Part shown: piece after piece, positions 47,894-57,617 of the stretch
How the letters are laid out: each line of letters begins with the position of its first letter
How positions within the stretch are numbered: position 1 is the first letter of the stretch
Assembly: GCA_016839765.1 (NCBI GenBank)
Contig: JAEOTP010000043.1
Location: forward strand, 96,001-160,000
Length of the DNA: 64,000 nucleotides
DNA from: Promethearchaeota archaeon
GTDB lineage: Archaea > Asgardarchaeota > Lokiarchaeia > Sigyniarchaeales > SOKP01
Reading direction: 5' to 3'
Position numbers and translations under genes: made by a program
Notes under the pieces: model-generated
What the model was told of the DNA's origin: nothing
The model's input: only the letters and a program-made list of their open reading frames with translations
The model's database searches: none

Positions 47894-48276
47894 GTAATTT
47901 TTTCAATATACATTAATGGATATTCAAGTTTTTCTATCCACTCTACTTTCGCTAGAACTTTTACTGATTTATATTCAACTTCGATCGCTGCTTTAATTAT
48001 TTTACCTGATATTTCATCATATGCAAATTCAGTTGATTTATCTCCTATTATTTTATTTTGATCAAGTTTTATTTTAACACTTTTAACATAAGGTTGGCAA
48101 GATATAGAAGCTTCAATTCCTCTCTCAATAGAATTAATAGTCTCTTTATTTGAAGATATAGGAAGCCCACATAATATATGATAAAGTGCACCTAATTTTA
48201 TTCCTATTTCAAAACAAGCTCTTTCTCTTTCAGAGAGATCAGATGAAAATAAGTTTTCATGATTATTTATTGACAT
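47890..48276 (-). CDS. mptD: Archaeal dihydroneopterin aldolase
   Basis: SERERACFEIGIKLGALYH..QPYV..LEYPLMYI. Confidence 0.88.
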   Translation of the reverse strand: MSINNHENLFSSDLSERERACFEIGIKLGALYHILCGLPISSNKETINSIERGIEASISCQPYVKSVKIKLDQNKIIGDKSTEFAYDEISGKIIKAAIEVEYKSVKVLAKVEWIEKLEYPLMYIEKIT

Positions 48277-49289
48277 TAATCATCATCTAAATATTCAATT
48301 TTAGCTCCACAGTTATTAGGTTTACAAATATATATATGTCCTCCTGTTCCTTTCAATCGTATTTGAACTTCTTTTAATAAATTATTGGCTTCAGAGTCAG
48401 ATTCTGTAATTCCTATTACGCTAGGCCCAAAAGACGACATACCATAAGCTTTCAATCCATATTCTTCGAAAAAATTCAAAATATCTTTTACAATATTGTG
48501 TTGTAGACTTATTTCAATTTTTTTAAAACCTATATTCTGAATTCTTTTTATGCCTTCCCCAAAACATTCTAAATCCTGTTTTATTATTCCAGGGATAACT
48601 TTCATTAAAATTTGATGAGAGACTTCATTTACTTCTTCTTTCGGAATTGGAGCATAATTTTGAAATATACTTATCTCCTCATCTCCATATGCTCCTTTTC
48701 CTATATTTGGGATAACAAGCACAAATCTCCAATTTTCTGGGATAGAATATCTAATAATTGTCAGCGCAGGATCAGCACTTTTTGAGGCTGAAGAAGGTAA
48801 AAAAGTTTCTTTTTCTTTTCCCTTTCCAAAATCATGTCCCGCATCTAAAATAAAGCCTCCTTTATCAAAACCACGCCACCCAATTCCAGATGTTCCCCCT
48901 CTTTCTACAATTTTAGTTAATTCTTTTAGCGATATCTGATTAATATTTTTCAATCGAGTTATGGCAGTAGCAATTGCTAAAGATAATTGGGTTTTTGAAC
49001 CTAAACCTACATGACTAGGATAATATCTTTTTAGATGGAAATGAAAATTTTTATTACTAATATTAAATAGCTTAAATACTTTTGAGGCTTTCTCATTGAT
49101 AACCTCTATTGATTCTCGATAATACTTATGGGCTTCTATTTTAAATTCTTTGGCATTATTAGTTGCTTCAAAGACGACATTAGGGCGATCTAACATTAGG
49201 CCAATTCCCCCATCTACTCTACCAGTGTAACCGTTTTCATCTATCAGTGAAAGGTGTATCCTACATGGAGCAGTTATTCTAATTTTCAT
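48276..49289 (-). CDS. mptG: Beta-ribofuranosylaminobenzene 5'-phosphate synthase (GHMP family)
   Basis: PCRIHLSLID..GRVDGGIG, HVGLGSKTQ, RGGTSGIG, GMSSFGP. Confidence 0.92.
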   Translation of the reverse strand: MKIRITAPCRIHLSLIDENGYTGRVDGGIGLMLDRPNVVFEATNNAKEFKIEAHKYYRESIEVINEKASKVFKLFNISNKNFHFHLKRYYPSHVGLGSKTQLSLAIATAITRLKNINQISLKELTKIVERGGTSGIGWRGFDKGGFILDAGHDFGKGKEKETFLPSSASKSADPALTIIRYSIPENWRFVLVIPNIGKGAYGDEEISIFQNYAPIPKEEVNEVSHQILMKVIPGIIKQDLECFGEGIKRIQNIGFKKIEISLQHNIVKDILNFFEEYGLKAYGMSSFGPSVIGITESDSEANNLLKEVQIRLKGTGGHIYICKPNNCGAKIEYLDDD

Positions 49290-49401
49290 GATTAATTATT
49301 TAAAATTTAGAACTATGAATTAGAATTTTCAAAAAAATATAAATATAGCATAATGATTAAGATTCAGATAAGATTTATTTATCCTTAGAAAAAGGAAATT
49401 A

Positions 49402-49524
49402 GCAGACCAAACAATTAAGGAACAAGCTCTTTCTATTGGAGTAGAAAGTTTTAAAGAGAAACCCTTTACCCTAAAAAGATTATTTAATAATATTGAAAAA
49501 GTAATCAATACAATTAATGTTTAA
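49402..49524 (+). pseudogene. Remnant of a CheY-like receiver domain (C-terminal third)
   Basis: ADQTIKEQALSIGVESFKEKPFTLKRLFNNIEKV*; in-frame stop at 49369 and no ATG/GTG/TTG start. Confidence 0.65.
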
Positions 49525-49593
49525 TGTATCTTTTCATAATATTGTTATTTTATGTATTTTTTTTTATTGAACTAATTTCTTAATAGAATATAT

Positions 49594-50997
49594 TTGAATG
49601 TGAGAAAATTGAGTGATTTAGAAGGTTTAACTCGGAATTTGTTAAAAAAGGGAAATACTGATGAAGAGATTATTGAAAGATTGATCCAAGAATATATTGA
49701 TTTTAAAATTATAGATGAGGATTTAGCTTCTAAATATGCAAAAGCAATTTTAGAAGAATGCAAAAAAAGCGATCTGAACTCTGTAGGTGATCCTTTTATA
49801 AAGGAATTATTGGAAATTAACATTTCTAATGTATCTGTGGGCAAACAGGGTGTTGGTTGTCGTGGTGCAGGGGATTTTTTTGTTCATAAATTAATAGCAG
49901 AGTTATCAGAAACCGAATATAAAGCATTTTTATCTCCAACTTCTTTAGATGATGCTGGTGCTGTTCGATTAAGTGACATTAAAGGATTTAGAAATGATTT
50001 ATCTGATAAAGGGGATTTAATAATTGTTTCGAAAATGGAAGGAATACACTCACGCCTGAGTGATTTTCCTTTTATATGTGGTTTTCATGTAACTCGTGCT
50101 GCATTAAGAGATTTGTATGTGAAAGGAGCAAAACCAATTTCAATAATGATAGACGCTCACTTAGGAGATGATGCTGATGTGAGTAAATTATTTGATTTTA
50201 TGGCGGGAGTTTCTGCTGTCTCAGAATTAACGAAAGTACCCATAACAGCAGGATCCACATTAAGAATAGGTGGAGATATGGTTATAGGGGATCGTTTTGT
50301 TGGTGGAATTGGGGCTGTGGGATTAACTAAAAGAATTTTAGCTAGGAGAAATATAAAACCAGGAGATAGAATACTGATGACAGAAGGAGCAGGTGGAGGT
50401 ACAATTACGACAACAGCTATTTACTCTGGAAATCATGAGGTTGTGAAAGAAACGCTAAATATTAAATTTTTAGAGGCTTGTGAATTTATTCTTGATTCTG
50501 AGCATGTTAAGGATATTCGTTCTATGTGTGATGTGACTAATGGAGGGTTAAGAGGAGATCTATATGAAATAAATTATGAAGCTAGATGCGGTGTTGTAGT
50601 ATACGAAGATATAATCAAAAGATTAGTTAATTCTCACGTTCTGGATATGTTAAATAAAGTAGGAGTAGATTATTTAGGAGTTTCTTTAGATGCTCTTCTA
50701 ATTTATTGTCATGAAGATGCTAGTGAACTAATTATTTCTGATTTTAAAAAACGTAATATTCAATGTGCAGAAATTGGATATGTGGATAACTCAAATCAAG
50801 TTAATATTGTATATGAAAATAACATAAAGGAGGAAATTTTGCCAAGATTTCGTGAATCTGCTTATACTAAAATAAAACAAGAAATTGGAGAAGATTCTCC
50901 CAAACATAAAGAAGAGATGGAAAATCAGATCGAGGAGGCTGCATTGAAAGCCTTGGAAAAACGTAAAAAAATTATTGAATATATAAAAAAGATTTAA
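49594..50997 (+). CDS. AIR synthase-related (PurM/HypE-like) protein
   Basis: DLEG, GVGCRGAGDFFVH, DDAG, EGIHSRLSDFP, DVTNGGLRGD. Confidence 0.85.
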   Translation: MNVRKLSDLEGLTRNLLKKGNTDEEIIERLIQEYIDFKIIDEDLASKYAKAILEECKKSDLNSVGDPFIKELLEINISNVSVGKQGVGCRGAGDFFVHKLIAELSETEYKAFLSPTSLDDAGAVRLSDIKGFRNDLSDKGDLIIVSKMEGIHSRLSDFPFICGFHVTRAALRDLYVKGAKPISIMIDAHLGDDADVSKLFDFMAGVSAVSELTKVPITAGSTLRIGGDMVIGDRFVGGIGAVGLTKRILARRNIKPGDRILMTEGAGGGTITTTAIYSGNHEVVKETLNIKFLEACEFILDSEHVKDIRSMCDVTNGGLRGDLYEINYEARCGVVVYEDIIKRLVNSHVLDMLNKVGVDYLGVSLDALLIYCHEDASELIISDFKKRNIQCAEIGYVDNSNQVNIVYENNIKEEILPRFRESAYTKIKQEIGEDSPKHKEEMENQIEEAALKALEKRKKIIEYIKKI

Positions 50998-50998
50998 C

Positions 50999-51829
50999 TT
51001 ATTTATCTTCTAAATTTAGAATTTCATTCAAGGAACCTGACCTATATCCTTCCAAATCAATTGTAATATAATAAAAACCAAGCTTTTTAAATTTATTTGT
51101 GATTCTTTTAAAATTTTCATTATTTAATATAGTTGGTATATCTTTAGATAATACTTCTATTCGAGCTAATTTTTCATCATGCAATCTAACTCGTAACTGC
51201 TTTAAATTAAATGTTTTTTTCAAGAATTTTTCTCCTTCTCTTATCATCTCTAACTTTTCTTCATCAATAATTTGGTTATAGGGAATACGTGAAGAGAAAC
51301 ATGCCATTGAAGGTTTAGATTGCACTTCTAAATTGTAAAACTTTGATATTTCTCTGATTTCTTCCTTATTTATATTAAAATCAATATATGGGGTACAAAT
51401 ATTTAATTCTTGTAATGCTTGCATTCCTGGTCTATAATCTGACAGATCGTCAATATTTGAGCCATCTAGAATTATATCAAAATTTTTAGATTCTTTGATT
51501 TTAATAATGTCATTATATAAACCTGTTTTACAAATATAACATCTATTTTTGGGATTATTTTTAAAAGTTCCATCAATTAAGGGGTCACGGTTAATAATAA
51601 GATGATTGATATTATAACTATTTGCAAATCTTTTTGCTTCTTCAATTTCTTCATCAGGATAAAGAAGAGATTTTTCCGTGATAAGGAGTGTTTCTTTAGC
51701 ATATTTCTCTGAAAGAAATGCTAAAAGGGAACTATCTACACCTCCTGAAAAAGCAACTATTACTTTTTTTCCTTCTAAAAAAGAAATTATACTCTTTAAC
51801 TTTTTTTCCAACTTATTAGGTAAGTCCAA
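50999..51829 (-). CDS. larE: ATP-dependent sacrificial sulfur transferase LarE family
   Basis: PP-loop AFSGGVDS, NRCYICK, DYRPG, ACFSSR, LRVR, GYRSGSLN. Confidence 0.9.
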   Translation of the reverse strand: MDLPNKLEKKLKSIISFLEGKKVIVAFSGGVDSSLLAFLSEKYAKETLLITEKSLLYPDEEIEEAKRFANSYNINHLIINRDPLIDGTFKNNPKNRCYICKTGLYNDIIKIKESKNFDIILDGSNIDDLSDYRPGMQALQELNICTPYIDFNINKEEIREISKFYNLEVQSKPSMACFSSRIPYNQIIDEEKLEMIREGEKFLKKTFNLKQLRVRLHDEKLARIEVLSKDIPTILNNENFKRITNKFKKLGFYYITIDLEGYRSGSLNEILNLEDK

Positions 51830-51997
51830 AGTTTTTCATAAATTATTTACATTAATATCTAATAATGAAAATTATTGATCTATACTTATAAAAAAAGAAA
51901 AAAAGCATTAATACTCTAGCTCAAAATCCAAAGAATAAGATCATTATTCAGAATCACTTTAACAAACTTTATATCTATTAGAACAATAAAAAATCTT

Positions 51998-52129
51998 ATG
52001 GAAAAAAAGAATATAATTATTATTAGTGTTGTTGCTTCTATAGTAGTAATCGTTGCTATAATTTTAATTCTTCTCTTTACTGTAGGTGGTCTTGGCGGCG
52101 GCGGGGGCGGCGGCACTATTTTTGGATAA
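51998..52129 (+). CDS. Small single-TM peptide with a poly-Gly C-terminus (43 aa), not in the ORF track
   Basis: MEKKNIIIISVVASIVVIVAIILILLFTVGGLGGGGGGGTIFG*. Confidence 0.65.
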   Translation: MEKKNIIIISVVASIVVIVAIILILLFTVGGLGGGGGGGTIFG

Positions 52130-52294
52130 TGCTTAGTGAATAATAGTAAAGAATTTTAATATTCGAGGAATTTATATGCCTACTAACGGATATATGATTA
52201 GTTCAATTTAGGAATTAATTCACATAGAGTAATCATTTTAATTTTAAATAATTCAATCAAGGTTCTCATTTAATTTTTAAAGCAAAGATTTAAA

Positions 52295-52348
52295 TATAGT
52301 ATTTTTTTTATACTATATAATACATAGTATTGAATAAACACTATTCAA
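52295..52348. promoter_or_regulatory. Array of inverted repeats, PadR operator candidate
   Basis: TATAGTAT-N7-ATACTATA; TACTAT-N7-ATAGTA; ATTGAATA-N5-TATTCAAT. Confidence 0.6.
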
Positions 52349-52386
52349 TCAAAAATTAAAAGAACTAATCAAAGAAGGATGTAAAA

Positions 52387-52905
52387 ATGATAAAACGTGT
52401 TAAAGGTTTTGATCCTGAATTTTTTGATTATGCGTCGAAATTTGAATCTGAAATAAATAGAGGGATTTCAACCCTTTGCATTTTATCTATTATCAATCGG
52501 TATGGCAATGAAGGTGTACATGGGTATCAGATATCAAAAGACTTGCAGGAACAAACGAGAGAAATATTAATAATTGAAGAGGGAACATTATATCCAATCT
52601 TAAGAAAATTAGAAGACGACGGTATAATAAAGGCTGAAAGGGAAAAAGTTGGGAGGAAACGGAAATTTTATTTTATGACAGAAAATGGAATAAAAGTATA
52701 TAATTACTTATCAGGGTTTTTCTCTAAACTTACTGAAGCAATTGCACCTTTATTTGATGTAAATGTAAATTTAAAACTCGAAAAATATTTATATTGTCCA
52801 ATGTGTGCAAATAAGATTGATTTAACTAGTGTAGAAGTCAATTTTTGTGATGTATGTGGGCATAATATTAGTAAAGAATTAAAAGACCGAGGTTTTGAGA
52901 AATGA
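52387..52905 (+). CDS. PadR family regulator with a C-terminal zinc ribbon
   Basis: HGYQI..EEGTLYPILRKLE..RKFYFMTENG; CPMC..CDVCG. Confidence 0.92.
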   Translation: MIKRVKGFDPEFFDYASKFESEINRGISTLCILSIINRYGNEGVHGYQISKDLQEQTREILIIEEGTLYPILRKLEDDGIIKAEREKVGRKRKFYFMTENGIKVYNYLSGFFSKLTEAIAPLFDVNVNLKLEKYLYCPMCANKIDLTSVEVNFCDVCGHNISKELKDRGFEK

Positions 52906-53891
52906 GTGAAAAAAATATGGATGATTTAGTGGGAGCCTATATTAAAGAAGTCAAGAAGGTCCTTCCAGAATGGTTAAAAAACAAAAAAGAACATAAAGAA
53001 ATCTTAGCTGATCTTGAGGAACATATCTGGGAAAAAGCGAATGAGTTATCAGATACAGGGCAGGCTACAGAAGATTCTGTCCAAATGGCTATAGCTCATA
53101 TGGGGACTCCAAAGAGTATAGCAAAAGAATATAAACGAAGAGGCACACCAAAAGTATATATTACGAAGGAAATGTGGCCACTTTACCTCAGGGTATTGAC
53201 TATTGTATTTGCTGTTATAATCATAGTGAATATTATTGGTTTAATAATGAACATTGTTTCTGGTACAACTGATTTGGGAGAATTAATAGGTGGTTTATTC
53301 TCAAGTATTCAAAGTGGATTATTTATTTCATTTGCAATCATTTCGATTATTTTTGTAGGGTTATCGATGGAGGGTTATTTCCCTGAAGATTTTAAGTCTA
53401 AAAAGCGGGCTGAAAAGGAACAAATCAGAGTTGAGGCGGGATTACCACCAAAACCATTCATAAAACCCGTAGGTGAAATTATTGGTGGAGGGATCGGATT
53501 AGTTATTGGTATTTTATTTGTATTTCAGCCATTTCCTACCTACTTGTTTGAAGTTGAATTTCTTTTACTACTGCGTTTTTTTGGGATTTTTATGATTACC
53601 AGTGGCTCTCTAGATATAACGAGAGGCATTCTAGGAAATACTCAACCAAGTACCCATCAAGTAATACATATAATTAAAATAGGACTGAAATTAGGAATTA
53701 TACCATTTTTGATTATCTTGATGAATCGTCCTGATATCTTTCCATGGTTTTCAGAACCATGGGTTCATATAGGAATTCCACCCGAATTTCTGGAACCTTA
53801 TAGGATTGGTATGATCGCATTGATTGTATTCGTTACATTATTAAATCTCGATGATATCTATAAAATTTGGAAAATTCAAAAATATAAATAA
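52902..53891 (+). CDS. HAAS-domain multi-pass membrane protein
   Basis: YIKEVKKVLP..EILADLEEHI..AIAHMGTPKSIAKEY followed by TM helices; overlaps the padR stop. Confidence 0.8.
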   Translation: MSEKNMDDLVGAYIKEVKKVLPEWLKNKKEHKEILADLEEHIWEKANELSDTGQATEDSVQMAIAHMGTPKSIAKEYKRRGTPKVYITKEMWPLYLRVLTIVFAVIIIVNIIGLIMNIVSGTTDLGELIGGLFSSIQSGLFISFAIISIIFVGLSMEGYFPEDFKSKKRAEKEQIRVEAGLPPKPFIKPVGEIIGGGIGLVIGILFVFQPFPTYLFEVEFLLLLRFFGIFMITSGSLDITRGILGNTQPSTHQVIHIIKIGLKLGIIPFLIILMNRPDIFPWFSEPWVHIGIPPEFLEPYRIGMIALIVFVTLLNLDDIYKIWKIQKYK

Positions 53892-53909
53892 ATCAATTTT
53901 TTTCTTTTT

Positions 53910-54647
53910 TTATTTTTCTATTTCTTTAATTTGATTTAGCATTATTAGGAGGCATGGAATTGCCCAAACTAATGTGGCAAATAACATTATCCACTCGAGA
54001 AAAAATCTCGTGACTGAAGGTGGCGGACATAAATATAAAATCCCAGCTGTAATTGGACCTAATACCATATATATTCCTAAAAATCTAGGAATTCTTGTTT
54101 GATTGAGAAAAATGACAATACCAGAAAATAAAGCTCCAAAAATTAAACCCGTAAAAAGAGTAATTGAGAAAATCAAATGTAATTCTAATATTGTCGGGTG
54201 ATCTACACTAAATACCCCAACACCAAAGAAACTTATTGAAGAAAGGATTAGAAAAAATAGACTGATATTGGTTAACCTTTTTATAGTTGAAAATGATACT
54301 TTCTTTGAAATCATATTATTTGGATTTAAATTGCTTTTTGTATGATTTATTAAAGTTCGTTTGATAAAGTAAGAATATATTGGAACTTGAAGAACTGCGG
54401 TTATCATGAAAGTAATATCTAATATGAATGGAGCAGGAGTATATCTAAATGATCCCAAATCACTTATGAAATTATCCCAAATATTATAGCCTCTTGGACC
54501 AAAATTAAAAGCAATTACTGTAGCAATAAGTAATCCTAATAAAAAAATGAATAATGAACTTATTATACAAAATTTTACAGCTTTTTCATTTATAAATTTG
54601 TTATAAATCTTTTTAAATTTAATCATAGTCCGATTTAATTGACTCAT
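53910..54647 (-). CDS. DUF998/Frag1-like membrane protein
   Basis: YNIWDNFISDLG, GVGVFS..LH, FLEW. Confidence 0.75.
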   Translation of the reverse strand: MSQLNRTMIKFKKIYNKFINEKAVKFCIISSLFIFLLGLLIATVIAFNFGPRGYNIWDNFISDLGSFRYTPAPFILDITFMITAVLQVPIYSYFIKRTLINHTKSNLNPNNMISKKVSFSTIKRLTNISLFFLILSSISFFGVGVFSVDHPTILELHLIFSITLFTGLIFGALFSGIVIFLNQTRIPRFLGIYMVLGPITAGILYLCPPPSVTRFFLEWIMLFATLVWAIPCLLIMLNQIKEIEK

Positions 54648-54719
54648 TTACTATTATAATTAATTTTAGGCTTTAAAATTGACTAAAAACTAAAATTAAA
54701 AAAAAAGAAAAGAAATATT

Positions 54720-56012
54720 TTAATATTCTTTTTTCAAATTCTGAAATTTATAAATTTTATAGAAATTGCTAACCATTCCTATGATAATTCCTACTACTAT
54801 TGCAATTATTACCCAGAAGTAAATAATATATGCTAAATTACTAGAGTCTAATGGTATGATTGGAACGGTACCACCTGAGAATAAAGAAATTGGAAAAATA
54901 TGGGGTTTATCTATCAAGAAAAGAAACAAAGGAATATATCCCGCATTATAAATTGTTAATATTCCTAAAGTTATTTGTTGCCCGGTATAATTTCCAACTC
55001 CAGCAGCTAATCTAACAAGATTAAATAAACCACTTATAAAAATCAAAAGTCCAAATAATTTAAGCCAATCAAGAAATTCTATATGAAATAAAACAATTTC
55101 AGCAAAGGGTTGTATTATTAAGAATAATCCGAAGATTATTCCACCAGCAGCACCAAAAATCAGTTGTCCTACTGTAACTGGTTGCTTTTTTTTTAATTCT
55201 CTTTTTGCTTTGGCAATTTCTTTTTTTTCTTCTCTTCGGCGTTTTGCTTTTTCTAATCTCTCTTCTCTACGTATTTTTGACTCTAATAACCTTTGTTCTC
55301 TGCGTAATTCTGCAGCTGCTAATCTTTCTTGCCTCAAAGCTTCAATTTCAGTTAATTTATGTTCTGTTCTAGCTCGAGATTCAGCAATTATAACTTTAGC
55401 TCTTTCTCTGGATTGTTCAAGACTTTCTTTAGTATACTCTTTAGTTTCTTGTAATTCCCGTTCTGAGAGATGAAATGGAAAAACTAAAGCAAGCCTAGAT
55501 GGTATAACTCCAAAATCTTCAGGAAGAAACCCCTGCATAGAAAAAAATACAAAAACTATAGTTATTACGACTGCTGTGATTAAACAACCAATCCAAATAC
55601 CAGTAAACATACCTCCTAAGGTTTCCAACCACATCCCGGGTTGGAAGATAAACTTAAAAATGGCAATTATTATATTTATAATAAGCACTACAGCAAAAAA
55701 GAAGAACATTGTTCTTAAATAGAATTCAAAAAGTTCTTCAGTTATATATAGTTTTGGAGTACCACGTTTTTTGTAAATCCTAGCAATACTCTCAGGAGAG
55801 CCAATTTGTATTAATGCTTGTTGAATATCTGCCGCAGTTGGGTCTTCACCACCAGCAATATTTATTGCTTCATTTAAAATTTGATTATTTAGATCATCTA
55901 ATATCAGTCTGACTTCTTCTTTTTTTGGTTTTAACCATTCTGGTAATTTCTTTCTTACTTGTTCAAGATAATTATTAATCATTTCATTTTCCGAATAACT
56001 CATATTTATCAA
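54720..56012 (-). CDS. HAAS-domain membrane protein, paralogue with a charged coiled-coil insertion
   Basis: YLEQVRKKLPEWL..GSPESIARIYKKRGTPKLYIT..SMQGFLPEDF. Confidence 0.8.
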   Translation of the reverse strand: MINMSYSENEMINNYLEQVRKKLPEWLKPKKEEVRLILDDLNNQILNEAINIAGGEDPTAADIQQALIQIGSPESIARIYKKRGTPKLYITEELFEFYLRTMFFFFAVVLIINIIIAIFKFIFQPGMWLETLGGMFTGIWIGCLITAVVITIVFVFFSMQGFLPEDFGVIPSRLALVFPFHLSERELQETKEYTKESLEQSRERAKVIIAESRARTEHKLTEIEALRQERLAAAELRREQRLLESKIRREERLEKAKRRREEKKEIAKAKRELKKKQPVTVGQLIFGAAGGIIFGLFLIIQPFAEIVLFHIEFLDWLKLFGLLIFISGLFNLVRLAAGVGNYTGQQITLGILTIYNAGYIPLFLFLIDKPHIFPISLFSGGTVPIIPLDSSNLAYIIYFWVIIAIVVGIIIGMVSNFYKIYKFQNLKKEY

Positions 56013-56189
56013 CTTTAAAATTAATTTTTCCTTAAGGAAATGAGTTTCCCTTTATAATAAAAAATAATTCAAATAGTTTATTAAAAAAATTGGAGACCAA
56101 TTTTCGATATTATCTTTAATTGGAAGTATGGTATTTATAAAAATCCAAAATATAATATATGATAATAAAAAAGCATTTTTTCTTAAGAT

Positions 56190-57617
56190 TTGACTAAAAA
56201 CCCAATGGATTCTCAAGAAATTAGGAATCGTAGAAAATTTGGAATGCATTTAACATCAAAAGACATATTTTATAAATACATCTATCCTGAAATAAAACAA
56301 GATTTCAATAACTATATTTGGGTTGATCTTTATGCTGGTGAAGGAAATTTAATTTTACCAATCTTAAATTTTATCTCTCAAAATGAGAGAAAATATTTTT
56401 TCTTAAATCATATCTTTTTATTTGATATACAAAAAGAAATGGTTAATAGATGTATTAAAAATGCTGAATCTTATGGAATATCTGAGGTAATTGCAAAACA
56501 AAATATTTTGATTAGGGACAATCTTGAAAGTTTTCCAGAATTTCTAAAACAAAAGAATTTTCCAGTCTACCATATAACTAATCCACCATATCTTTATTTG
56601 GGATACATCAAAAAGCATTCTGAAACTCAAAAACTACTCCATTATTTTAAAAAGGATAATAATGGTTATCAAGATCTATATCAAATTGCTATGCTAAATG
56701 ATTTAAGAAGCGGAATTGAAGATCTGGTTTATATTATTCCTTCAAACTTTTTATATGGGGCTTCAGTATCCAATAAATTCAGATTAGATTTCTTGAGGCA
56801 CTATAAAATTCTTAAGATGATTATTTTTGAGACTAAAATATTTGAATTCACCGGTACAAACATATGTATTGGTTTTTTTAAAAAAAGGAAAAAACCTAAG
56901 ATAAAAGATTTGAAATTTTCAGGTATGAAAATAAAAAAGCAAAATGAAATTTCTCATAAAGAATACATCTTAAAATTCCAATATAAATATAGAGCCGGTT
57001 ATGAATTTGATGAATTTTTAAAGAACTATCGTACAAGCTATCCCTTAAAAGTGAATTATTATCTCTTAAAGGATAAAGTGTTAAAAAATTTAGGGAGTAG
57101 CGAAATTGACGTAATTGATGCTAATCAATATATCAATAATAAGTATAAAAAGTTAAAGCTCAAAGTTAATGAAAAATTGAAACAAAAATTAGAATCAAAC
57201 ATATTATATATAAGGACTGTTGATACAGGTTCAAATCATGGGAGAGTTGGTTTAGGAATCATTAAAGCTGATTTTAATGTTAATGGAATTCTAGTATCTG
57301 GAAATACTTATCGAACCCATCCAATTCAAATATTTTTTGAGCCCCAGCTTTCATTAGAAGATCAGATTTTAATTAAAGATTATTTCAATTTTATTTTAGA
57401 ATTATTTAGAGACCATCTGGACAGTGAATTTCTTACTACCTATAAGTATTCAAACGCAGATTATACAAGAAAGTATTTAGGATTGACTCAAACAAGAAAA
57501 TTAATTGAAACCTTCCCATATAAAAATTTAACAGCTGACAAAAAAGAAAGTTTGAGAAAATCCATAAAAAACAAACAATTTAATGAAATTTTGAAAATAT
57601 TAACTCTTTTTAACTAA
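56190..57617 (+). CDS. N6-adenine/N4-cytosine DNA methyltransferase, orphan
   Basis: Motif I DLYAGEGNL precedes motif IV ITNPPY (gamma order); YIIPSNFL; FEFT. Confidence 0.85.
   Translation: MTKNPMDSQEIRNRRKFGMHLTSKDIFYKYIYPEIKQDFNNYIWVDLYAGEGNLILPILNFISQNERKYFFLNHIFLFDIQKEMVNRCIKNAESYGISEVIAKQNILIRDNLESFPEFLKQKNFPVYHITNPPYLYLGYIKKHSETQKLLHYFKKDNNGYQDLYQIAMLNDLRSGIEDLVYIIPSNFLYGASVSNKFRLDFLRHYKILKMIIFETKIFEFTGTNICIGFFKKRKKPKIKDLKFSGMKIKKQNEISHKEYILKFQYKYRAGYEFDEFLKNYRTSYPLKVNYYLLKDKVLKNLGSSEIDVIDANQYINNKYKKLKLKVNEKLKQKLESNILYIRTVDTGSNHGRVGLGIIKADFNVNGILVSGNTYRTHPIQIFFEPQLSLEDQILIKDYFNFILELFRDHLDSEFLTTYKYSNADYTRKYLGLTQTRKLIETFPYKNLTADKKESLRKSIKNKQFNEILKILTLFN

Noticed and set aside
51916-52116. 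Minus-strand ORF beginning with poly-Pro (MPPPPPPPRPP)
   Set aside because: Antisense shadow of the plus-strand TM/poly-Gly peptide, which has an ATG and a coherent signal-anchor structure
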